Positions 1-7,590 of a DNA stretch of 25,229 nt are shown in pieces (the first letter of the stretch is position 1; each line of letters starts with the position of its first letter). The notes under the pieces were generated by a model. The model was not told the DNA's origin. It saw only the letters and a list, made by a program, of their open reading frames with translations, and searched no databases. Source of the stretch: Candidatus Sumerlaeia bacterium (lineage in GTDB: Bacteria; Sumerlaeota; Sumerlaeia; SLMS01); NCBI GenBank assembly GCA_038208905.1, contig JBBQYG010000050.1, positions 1 to 25,229 on the forward strand, read 5' to 3'. A program made the position numbers and the translations under genes.

Positions 1-715
1 CAAAGTTGACGCCCTGGTCGAAGTTCGCCTGCTTCTGCTTCAACACAATCACGGGCGCCAGCAACACAGCCAGCGACGCCAGCGATATGGCCAGCGCGGG
101 AATGGCGGGCGATTTCCCGCGCTTGCGGAGCAGCAGGAACACCAGCCACAGCGCCATCGCCCCCGTGTGGAGCGCCGTCAGCACCTGAACCGCGGCCCCG
201 GCGACGAGCGCCGCCAGCAATGCCCCTAGCCAGATTGGCCGACCCGATTCCCACCACCGCGCCAGCGACCACCACGCCGCCATCATCGCGAGGAGCATCA
301 TCCCATAGGGCCTCGCCGTCGTCGCCGACCACGCCGTCAGTTGATGGAATACGAAGATCGCCGTCGAGAGGTCCGCCACGCCGGAACCCAGCCACCGCCG
401 AGCCGTTGCGCGAAACACGACGGCGGCGCCCGCCACGCAGAAGAGCGACGGCAGCCGCATCCAGAACTCGGTGTCGGGAAACGCGGCGAGCCACGCCCTC
501 AGCAGGACGAAGTATCCCGGCAGGTGCCCTGCCACCAGCCGCTCGTGGATCAGCTCAACCTGAGAAAGACGCATCACGCGCCAGGTGATGTACTCGTTCT
601 CAAAGAAGCCGCGCGCGCCCGCAGTCCACGCCAGAAACGCGGCCCACGCCACCATTGCCAACATCATCCAACGCCGCCCGCCCGATTCCACGCGCCAGTC
701 TCCTTGCCGGGGCAT
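1..715 (-). CDS. GT-C fold membrane glycosyltransferase (PMT_2 / ArnT-like, GT39/GT83); 3' part runs off the window
   Basis: Absent from the ORF track because it has no stop in the window; translated by hand: MPRQGDWRVESGGRRWMMLAMVAWAAFLAWTAGARGFFENEYITW...GHLPGYFVLLRAWLAAFPDTEFWMRLPSLF...ARPYGMMLLAMM. FENE, HLPGYF, E..xRLPS and ARPY match the (W)xDE, HPPLY, RLPS and ARxY motifs of this family; many hydrophobic helices. Alternative start GTG at 691 has AAGGAG upstream. Confidence 0.82.
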   Translation of the reverse strand, partial: MPRQGDWRVESGGRRWMMLAMVAWAAFLAWTAGARGFFENEYITWRVMRLSQVELIHERLVAGHLPGYFVLLRAWLAAFPDTEFWMRLPSLFCVAGAAVVFRATARRWLGSGVADLSTAIFVFHQLTAWSATTARPYGMMLLAMMAAWWSLARWWESGRPIWLGALLAALVAGAAVQVLTALHTGAMALWLVFLLLRKRGKSPAIPALAISLASLAVLLAPVIVLKQKQANFDQGVNF

Positions 716-797
716 CACGCGCCGCGCTCTCGTGGGCACAACTCCGCCGTCACTCCGCGCGCGGAGCCATCCCTATTTCGCACTGGAAGAGAATCCC

Positions 798-1189
798 CCG
801 GAGAGGGCGTGTAAGCCGGATTCTGTGTCCACCGCGCAAGCGGTGGTGGCGATCATTCCTCTAGGGCCACGCTTACGCGGGGCCTCAAGCTGCCTACCCG
901 CGGGTTTAACGGACCGGGCCAGTCCTTCCCGCCTATTTGGCATTGCATCGGGTGGGGTTTTGCAGACGGCCACGTTGCCGCGCCGCCGGTGCGCTCTTAC
1001 CGCACCATTTCAACCTTACCTGATCCCAACCCCTTACGGGGCCGGGCCATCGGCGGTGTGTTTTCTGTTCCACTTTCCGTCGGGTTTCCCCGCCCGGCCA
1101 TTAGCCGGCACCCTGCCCTGCGATGTCCGGACTTTCCTCCCGCCGCGCCGACAAGTCGGCCCGGCCAGCGATCGCCCAGCCCTCTCCGG
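798..1189 (-). ncRNA. rnpB: RNase P RNA, bacterial type A
   Basis: Minus strand has GAGGAAAGUCCGGA (P4 5'), AGUGGAACAGAAAA, GGUGCGGUAAGAGCGCACC (P13), GCAAUGCCAAAUAGG...GGGUAGGCAGCUUGAG (P15/L15), CUAGAGGAAUGAUCGCC (P2') and ACAGAAUCCGGCUUAC (P4'). Closing P1 is CCGGAGAGGGC/GCCCUCUCCGG. Compensatory changes versus consensus in P4 (GGA/UCC), P5 (CAUC/GAUG) and P15 (UGCC/GGCA). Confidence 0.98.
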
Positions 1190-1199
1190 AGGGACGCGG

Positions 1200-1229
1200 A
1201 GGGTATGGGCTCCGCCCCGGGCCGTGCAA
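1200..1229 (-). promoter_or_regulatory. Putative sigma70 promoter of rnpB
   Basis: TTGCAC-N18-TACCCT on the minus strand, then a GC-rich discriminator (CCGCGTC), about 10 nt upstream of the P1 helix. Confidence 0.6.
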
Positions 1230-1270
1230 GGGGATCGTTTCCGAGATGGCAAGGGACTCCGCATACTAGC

Positions 1271-1350
1271 GACATTCGAAAGGGTGATTGCTAGAGGTAG
1301 CGGGGAGGACAGGAACGTATTCTCGAATTACAGGAATGACATTCGAAAGG
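1271..1350 (+). repeat. 13-bp perfect direct repeat GACATTCGAAAGG (1271-1283 and 1338-1350)
   Basis: Two identical copies with starts 67 bp apart, each containing the palindrome TTCGAA, in a segment of about 49% GC (1261-1380, hand count). Confidence 0.7.
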
Positions 1351-1409
1351 AGCTCAAGCGAAGACGGTTGCTTTAAGCCGGTCACAACCGGAAGCCCAAG
1401 AACTCCTCC

Positions 1410-1523
1410 CTACCGCCCCACCCCCACCTCCAACCACAGCAACGTCGCCGTAATCCCCAAGCTGATGCCCAGCAGGAACACCGCCAGCAGGCGTGTGTTT
1501 TCCCCGTCGGGGCTGGCTTTCAC
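1410..1523 (-). CDS. Putative 37-aa single-pass membrane protein
   Basis: GTG start overlaps the XdhC stop (GTGA), with GGAGG 4 nt upstream. Product MKASPDGENTRLLAVFLLGISLGITATLLWLEVGVGR has one clean hydrophobic helix. Confidence 0.45.
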   Translation of the reverse strand: MKASPDGENTRLLAVFLLGISLGITATLLWLEVGVGR

Positions 1524-2317
1524 TTCGCCTCCGCGGGGCGCAGGGTGCGGGCGCGTTGATGGATGAGTTGGGCGGTGACGCTGATGGCGATTTCCTCGGG
1601 GGTGATGGAGCCGATGTCGAGCCCGGCGGGGGAGACGACGCGGGCGAGGTCGGTTTCGGGGACTCCGGCGTCGAGGAGGTTGCGACGGAGGACGGCCCAC
1701 TTGGCGCGGCTGCCGATGAGGGCGATGTAGGGCGCGGGGCCGGCGAGGAGCGCGCGCAGGCAGGCCTCGTCGCCGGAGTGGCCGCGCGTGACCACGACGC
1801 AGAAGGTGAGCGGGGTGACGGCGATGCGGGTTGCGAGGTCGGCGTAGTCGCAGACGATGGTTTCGTCGGCGGTGGGAAAGCGCTCGGCGTTGGCGAAGGG
1901 CTCGCGGTCGTCCACCACCGTCAGGCGGAAGTCGAGCCCCTGGCAGGCGTGGGCGAGGGCCTTGCCGATGTGGCCTCCGCCGCAGAGGAGGAGTTGGCAG
2001 TCGGGCATGACGGGCTCCACGTAGAAGGTGATTTCTCCGCCGCAGAGCATGTCGGTCTCTTCGGCGTTCTTCGCTTTAATGTCCACCTCCACGATTCGGG
2101 GGACAAGGGTGCGGAGCACCTCGCGCGCAGCAAAGATGACGTCGGCCTCCACGCAGCCGCCGCCAATGGTGCCATAGAGTTCCATGCGGTCGCTGACGAG
2201 CATCTTGGCGCCGGGCTTGCGCGGCGTGCTCCCCACGGTCGCCACGATGGACACCACGGCGACGCGGCGCCCGGCGCGGGTCCACTCGACGACTTTCTCA
2301 TAGATGCGCAGGTTCAA
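1520..2317 (-). CDS. XdhC/CoxF family molybdoenzyme maturation factor
   Basis: GSTPRKPGAKM, GTIGGGCVEA, LCGG, CGGGHIG, VVDDRE, VTRGHSGD, YIALIGSR and SPAGLDIGSITPEEIAISV are hallmark XdhC_CoxI and XdhC_C motifs. TTG start 12 bp after the vWA gene stop. Confidence 0.93.
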   Translation of the reverse strand: MNLRIYEKVVEWTRAGRRVAVVSIVATVGSTPRKPGAKMLVSDRMELYGTIGGGCVEADVIFAAREVLRTLVPRIVEVDIKAKNAEETDMLCGGEITFYVEPVMPDCQLLLCGGGHIGKALAHACQGLDFRLTVVDDREPFANAERFPTADETIVCDYADLATRIAVTPLTFCVVVTRGHSGDEACLRALLAGPAPYIALIGSRAKWAVLRRNLLDAGVPETDLARVVSPAGLDIGSITPEEIAISVTAQLIHQRARTLRPAEAK

Positions 2318-2329
2318 GGGATCGCCGCG

Positions 2330-3433
2330 TCAGACTTTCTTCTTCTTGTTCCGCGCATAGTCGGCAAAGAGGAACTTCCCCAGGTTGTCCAGCGACGCGA
2401 AGTAGGCGCGGCCCTTGTTGGCGCGGGTCATCCGGTCCACGAAGTCCTGAAGATAGGGATCGCTGGTGATCATGAAGGTCGTGATCGTGATCCCCTTCCG
2501 GCGGAGCACCACGGCCTCGTTGATCGTCTGCGCGACGATCTTGGGGTCCAGGCCGAAGGGGTTCTTGTAAAGCTCGCCGCGTTCCCAGATGGCGCTCGGC
2601 TTGCCGTCGGTAATCATAAAGACCTGCTTGTTGGCCTGCTTGCGCTTTTGCAGGATCTTCATCGCGGCCTGTAGGCCCGCCTTGGTGTTGGTGTGGAAGG
2701 GCCCCACGGAGACGCGGGCGATCTTGTCCACGTCCACCGGTACCGCGTCGTCGCCAAAGAGCACCACGTCGATCACGTCCTTGGGATAGCGGGTCTGTAT
2801 ATACTCGATCAGCGCCATCGCCACCTTCTTGGCGGGGGTGATGCGGTCCTCGCCATAGAGCACCATGGAGTGGCTGATATCGATGAGGATCACCGTGGCG
2901 CAGGAGGTCAGGTGCTCGCGCTCGTGGGTTTCCAGGTCGTCCTCGCTCATGCTGAAGTCGTCGAAGCCAGACTTCAGAAGGGCGTTGCCGATGGAGGCGG
3001 TGAAGTTGATGTCCTGCATGGGATCGCCGAACTCGAAGGGCCGCGTCTCGGCGAGGCGTTCCCCGCCGTTGCCCTGCGCGGTCGTGGCGTGCTGTCCCGC
3101 GCCGTCCTTCTTGAGGTCCTGAAAGATTTCCTCGAAGGCTGCCTTCTGGATCTCGCGGTCGGCCTTGGACGTGGCTACGAAACCCGCGGCGCCGGAAGAC
3201 CCCTCCTTCTGATCGAGGAGCCCCTGCTCGCGGAGGTGGTCAACAAACTCGTCGAAGGTCATCCCAGTGGCCTTCTCCAAGTCGTGGCTGTCCCAGAGCC
3301 CCTGCATGTAGCGCAGAGCTTGGTTGGCGTCGCCGGAGGTCTTGCTCAGGATGTCCAGAAACAGGTTCTGGAGACGCCGGATGTTGATCTCCAGCGGCAC
3401 GTTCCTGTCGAATTGTTCGTATCGGATGAACAT
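2330..3433 (-). CDS. vWA domain-containing protein (COG4867-like), 367 aa
   Basis: Real start is probably ATG 3433 (MFIRYEQF) with GAGGAG upstream; the longer track ORF runs into the divergent gene. MIDAS motif DISHSM, HTNT and ITDGKPS; N-terminal half has RPFEFGD and EDDLE motifs. Confidence 0.88.
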   Translation of the reverse strand: MFIRYEQFDRNVPLEINIRRLQNLFLDILSKTSGDANQALRYMQGLWDSHDLEKATGMTFDEFVDHLREQGLLDQKEGSSGAAGFVATSKADREIQKAAFEEIFQDLKKDGAGQHATTAQGNGGERLAETRPFEFGDPMQDINFTASIGNALLKSGFDDFSMSEDDLETHEREHLTSCATVILIDISHSMVLYGEDRITPAKKVAMALIEYIQTRYPKDVIDVVLFGDDAVPVDVDKIARVSVGPFHTNTKAGLQAAMKILQKRKQANKQVFMITDGKPSAIWERGELYKNPFGLDPKIVAQTINEAVVLRRKGITITTFMITSDPYLQDFVDRMTRANKGRAYFASLDNLGKFLFADYARNKKKKV

Positions 3434-3566
3434 CCGGTGTGGCCCTCCTCGGTGCCCGTCGCCAATGTAAGCAAGACACGGAGCAGGGCGGAGCGCAACG
3501 GCTTCGCGCCGCTTGGCCCCGGCCTTGCCTGCCTTGAGGGCAGATTTCCGAAGGAGAAGCAGTCCA

Positions 3567-6500
3567 ATGGCTGATGGATCACCGGCGCAGACACCTAAAC
3601 AACTGATTCCATTCGTTTTGATCGGTGTCCTGCTTCTTGTGGCGGTGGGCCTGATCCTGATGCGGCGGGGAAGCGATGGGCCCGCCGTTGTACCAGAAGG
3701 AACAGGGCAGGCCGAGCCCGTCCGGGAGTTGCGTCCTTCCGTCGCAGCCGCACAGGTACCCCGCGCTCCCGCGCCCCGTGCAGAGCGCCCCGCTCCAAAG
3801 GCCGGCGAACTGCGCATCTTTGGCGTCGTGCGCGCCGCGGCGGACCAGATGTCGATCCCCGGCGCCACGGTGGCGCTCTTCATCGATGATAAGGGCGACT
3901 TTCGCACGCCGAAGACTGCGGTGACCTCCGGGCCCGATGGCACCTATGAGCTACTGATTCCCAACGCTGACCTGCCGACAGACTTTGCCGCCGTCTCCGC
4001 CGTGGCCGACGGCTTTGCGGCCAAGATCGACCGGGTCTATCGGCGGTCGGAACCGGCGAACCTCAAGGCTGTCGAGTGGAACTTCGATCTCGTTGAGGGC
4101 GCGCTGGTCTCCGGCGTTGTCTTCGATATGGACGGCAACGCCGTGGCCGATGCCGTCGTGGGCCGCTTCCAGAGTGTTGGCTATTCGGGCCTGCGGTCCG
4201 ACAATCCCAACGAGTTTTTTCCCTCCGTGGTCAGCGGGTCCGACGGCAGCTTCCGCTTGGCTGGGATTCCCATCGGCACCGAGGAGAAGCTGATCGGCCA
4301 GAAGCGCGGCTATGTCCCGGGCCTCGCCTCGCCCGTCGCGGGCGGCCAGGACGACGTGAAGGTGGTGATCCGCAAGGGCGAGGCCGGTGTCTCCGGCACC
4401 GTGCTCAATGAGGAAGGCGCCCCCATGGTTGGCGCGCCCGTCAAGTCGATGTATATGCGCGCGGGATCGCGACCAAACATTTTCGCGGCGATCTCCAACG
4501 AAATCCCCAATATGAACGAGTTGTTCACCCTTACGGACGATAAGGGCTTCTACGAATTTGCCGCCGTCCGCGCCGGATGGCAGGGCGTTGTGGCCGGATC
4601 GGGGGCTCCGCTGGCGCGCTCCATCGGCGACGCGGTGATGCTGGAGCCGGGCGATTACAAGACGCTGAACCTGCGCTTCAAGGCGCCGATCGAGGTGCGT
4701 GGCGTCGTCGTGGATAGGGTTAGCACGATCCCCATCGCCAACGTGCGAGTGCGGAATCGCTCGATCGCCGCGGCGGGCATGGGCCTCGCCGCGCCAAGGG
4801 ACGGCGTCGGCAATCAGGAGGCGATGTCCGGGGGCGATGGCAGCTTCATGGTCAAGGTTGACCAAACGGCTGAGATGGAGTTCGGCCTGATGCCGGAGAT
4901 TTCCTATCTGCCGCCGATCAGCTACACCAACGGTGAGGAGCGCTGGACCAACCGGCGCCTGCGCCGCGAAGAGGTTTTCGAGGGAGACCCCGTCCGCATC
5001 GAACTCGCCCCGATGGTGATCGTGGCGGGTATCGTGCTCTCTGACGATGGCGTGACGCCCGTGGTGGGCGCCGACGTGACATTCCAGACGAGGCGCGGCG
5101 GATTTGGTGGCGGTCGCGGGCAAGGTGGCCGCGGGCAGGGAGATCCCGGTGGTCGTGGATTTGGACCCGGCGGCGGCGGATTCCCACGGCCCCCGGGTGG
5201 CGGTGGCGGTCTGGCCGCACTATTCGGCGGTGGCGGGGCCCCTCCCGCCAGTGCTGTATCGGGACTCGATGGGAAGTTTCGCCTCGCGGTCCCTTCGCGC
5301 GCCGACGGGGCTGTCCTCGCATCAACTGCCACCGCGAAGGGCACCGAGGAGGTTCGCGCGCCGGAAACGGGGGAGTCCGAAGAGGTCACGGTCGTCATCG
5401 CCGCGCTCGCGTCGATCTCGGGCGCGGTCAAGGACGTCGCTGGCGCGCCAATTCCCGACGCCACTGTAACGGCCTTCCAGTCCTATGGACGCGGCCTCGT
5501 CAATTCTACTTCGGCGACGTCCGCAGCCGATGGCACCTATCAGTTGAAAGACATCTTCGCGGGCAGCGTGCGGCTGGCGGCGAACGCCGGCACAGCATTT
5601 CGCGGAGCCGAGCCCCAGAACTTCGAACTTAAGCCCGGCGAAGAGAAGGCCGACGCTGACTTCGCCTTTACTCCCACCGCCTCCTTCGAGGGCACCGTCG
5701 TGGACAAGGATGGGAAGCCCATCCAGGGGGCGCTCGTGGCCGAAGTCCGTGGCGGCGATCGCCGTCCCGGCGGATTCGGAGGGGGCGGCCCCGCTCCTAT
5801 CGAAACCGACGCCGCGGGGAAGTTCAGGATCGAGGGTCTCGACGCGACCGCCGGCGTCTATACGTTCGAGGCGACCCATGCGAGCCACGAATCCGGCAGG
5901 GCGGGCGACCTCATTTTGGCCGATAGCCCCGTTACCATGACTCTGGAGCGACGTCCCCGCGTCGAGCTCGAGGTTTACTCGGGAAGCGCGCAGGTGACGG
6001 ATTTCACCTACTCGATCCAGATCGACCGACAGGCCGATAACCAGAACGCGCGCTCCACCGCCGACGGCACCGTCACCGGCCAGAGTGCCCCCGTGATCGA
6101 GTCGCTCTCTCCCGGTCCGTACACCATTCACGTCTATGCGCTGGATGGCTCGGGGAACCGCGATGGGCGCTACGGCTCCCAGCAGGTCACACTCGTCGCC
6201 GACGGTGAGCCACAGGAAGTCCGCATCGAGCTGGGCGAGTCCCTCACCGTTGTTGCCAACGTCGTTGACATGGAGGGCAATCCAATTGGCCAGGTTGCCA
6301 AGGTGGTGCTCACGCGGCTCGACGCACCGCGGGGCGGCGGAGCGCCCGGAGCCGACCAGCGGACCTTGTCGAAGACCTCCGACGCCGCAGGGCAGGCCGT
6401 CTTCGAGCAAGTCCAGAGCGGGCGGATTCGGCTCGAAGCAGAGATCGAGGGCTTGGTGCAGGCTGGCCGCGTCGAGCTGACGCTGGTTGTCGGCGAGGTC

Positions 6501-7331
6501 CCCGAACCCGCCGTCATTAAGATGTCCGGCGGCGCGTCGATCAAGGGAACCGTTGTGGACGTTGATGGTGCTCCCATGGTGGGCGCGGTCGTCTCGGCGG
6601 GCGGGCGCCGCAACGAGGCCTCCGTGGACGAGGCCGGCAACTACGCGATCGTCAACATGGCGCCTGGCGACTACAACGTGGCCGTTCGCGATACGAACGG
6701 CTCCACCCTCGAATCAAAGCGCGAGAAGCTGGCGGCAGCGGAGGAGAAGGTTGTCGATTTCGACTTCGAGGGCATGATCGCGATCACGGGACAGGTGCTC
6801 CGCAATGGTAACCCGGAAGGCGGGCGTGGCGGCGGCCTGCGACTGACGCTCATTCCCGGCTCCGGCGCGGGCGCGGGCGGGAGCAACGGAGCCTCGTTCT
6901 CCACGCGCGGCAGTGGGCGCTACGATGCCCGCGTCCAGCCGGGGACGTACGAAATCCATGTCTCCTCCGGCAGCGGAAACATCCTGACGTCCAGCGGGGT
7001 AGTCATCGAAGTTGCATCGAGTCCCGAGCGCCAGGAGGTGGATATCAGCCTCGTGCTCGCCTCCATCGACGCGGTGATCGTCCTCAACGAGGGTGAGCAG
7101 TCCGCGTCCGGCAGGCTCACCTATTACCACCGCAACGAGAAGGGGATCGAGTCCAAGGACTCGTTCGACTGGAACCAGAAATACTTCACGGTCACGAATC
7201 AGCCCCTCGGCCAGTGCCGCGCGGAATTCGTGGCCGGCGACGGGCGCCGCTTCAGCGCCGAGTGGACCAAGATCGAGCAGAACGGCGACAACATCCTGAC
7301 GCTGATTCCCGACGCGCTTAGCGGGGGCTAA
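3567..7331 (+). CDS. Large membrane-anchored protein with repeated carboxypeptidase-regulatory-like (transthyretin/Cna-B-like) beta-sandwich domains, 1254 aa
   Basis: ATG 3567 with AAGGAG at 3551-3556; N-terminal TM (LIPFVLIGVLLLVAVGLILM); about 10 repeats of the type SGxVxDxxGxPIxGAxV...T/S.xDGxF/Y. Confidence 0.88.
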   Translation: MADGSPAQTPKQLIPFVLIGVLLLVAVGLILMRRGSDGPAVVPEGTGQAEPVRELRPSVAAAQVPRAPAPRAERPAPKAGELRIFGVVRAAADQMSIPGATVALFIDDKGDFRTPKTAVTSGPDGTYELLIPNADLPTDFAAVSAVADGFAAKIDRVYRRSEPANLKAVEWNFDLVEGALVSGVVFDMDGNAVADAVVGRFQSVGYSGLRSDNPNEFFPSVVSGSDGSFRLAGIPIGTEEKLIGQKRGYVPGLASPVAGGQDDVKVVIRKGEAGVSGTVLNEEGAPMVGAPVKSMYMRAGSRPNIFAAISNEIPNMNELFTLTDDKGFYEFAAVRAGWQGVVAGSGAPLARSIGDAVMLEPGDYKTLNLRFKAPIEVRGVVVDRVSTIPIANVRVRNRSIAAAGMGLAAPRDGVGNQEAMSGGDGSFMVKVDQTAEMEFGLMPEISYLPPISYTNGEERWTNRRLRREEVFEGDPVRIELAPMVIVAGIVLSDDGVTPVVGADVTFQTRRGGFGGGRGQGGRGQGDPGGRGFGPGGGGFPRPPGGGGGLAALFGGGGAPPASAVSGLDGKFRLAVPSRADGAVLASTATAKGTEEVRAPETGESEEVTVVIAALASISGAVKDVAGAPIPDATVTAFQSYGRGLVNSTSATSAADGTYQLKDIFAGSVRLAANAGTAFRGAEPQNFELKPGEEKADADFAFTPTASFEGTVVDKDGKPIQGALVAEVRGGDRRPGGFGGGGPAPIETDAAGKFRIEGLDATAGVYTFEATHASHESGRAGDLILADSPVTMTLERRPRVELEVYSGSAQVTDFTYSIQIDRQADNQNARSTADGTVTGQSAPVIESLSPGPYTIHVYALDGSGNRDGRYGSQQVTLVADGEPQEVRIELGESLTVVANVVDMEGNPIGQVAKVVLTRLDAPRGGGAPGADQRTLSKTSDAAGQAVFEQVQSGRIRLEAEIEGLVQAGRVELTLVVGEVPEPAVIKMSGGASIKGTVVDVDGAPMVGAVVSAGGRRNEASVDEAGNYAIVNMAPGDYNVAVRDTNGSTLESKREKLAAAEEKVVDFDFEGMIAITGQVLRNGNPEGGRGGGLRLTLIPGSGAGAGGSNGASFSTRGSGRYDARVQPGTYEIHVSSGSGNILTSSGVVIEVASSPERQEVDISLVLASIDAVIVLNEGEQSASGRLTYYHRNEKGIESKDSFDWNQKYFTVTNQPLGQCRAEFVAGDGRRFSAEWTKIEQNGDNILTLIPDALSGG

Positions 7332-7590
7332 TACAGGTTCGCCGAAAACTGGATGCCCTGACCCAGACACCCTTCCCGCCCACGATCTGGTCATAGCCGA
7401 CGTACTGAATCGGGTCCGTGGCGGCGCGCGGATTCGTCGTCCAATAGACAATGCCGGCAAGGGGTTGAACTGCGTCGATCGTCGAAGTCAGGTTGATCGG
7501 TCGGAACGTAGTTTCTTGGCAGGGAGCGGCACTGGACATGGCTCCGGCAATAGCCACGGCGATACCCGCCCGGAGCCAGTGTCTATACAC
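7328..7590 (-). pseudogene. Internally deleted remnant of a secreted protein gene (resembles DUF4832-type proteins)
   Basis: GTG start overlaps the phoR-like stop, with GGAGGAG upstream. Signal peptide then INLTSTIDAVQPLAGIVYW...ATDPIQYVGYDQIVGGKGV; a second frame gives GQGIQFSANLY-stop, whose TAG (7328-7330) overlaps the convergent gene's stop. Family resemblance is from recollection. Confidence 0.55.

Noticed and set aside
1271-1350. Two repeats at a 67-bp period resembling a CRISPR unit
   Set aside because: Only 13 bp are identical, there are only two copies, and no cas genes are present.
1231-1356. Possible Moco or c-di-GMP-I riboswitch near xdhC
   Set aside because: It lies downstream of xdhC and on the opposite strand; the core motifs (CCUAA/UAUGG receptor and GCCUCC for Moco; GGCAAA...GACGCAAAG for c-di-GMP-I) are absent.
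6-1376. Track ORFs overlapping the GT-C gene and rnpB (e.g. 220..588, 341..814, 585..1376, 997..1275)
   Set aside because: Shadow ORFs of a real antisense gene and of the RNase P RNA in high-GC DNA.
3434-3943. N-terminal extension of the vWA ORF given by the track (likewise the 9699, 9785, 15494, 19496 and 24981 starts)
   Set aside because: Downstream ATGs have SD-like sites and begin the recognisable protein; the extensions overlap divergent genes or intergenic regions.
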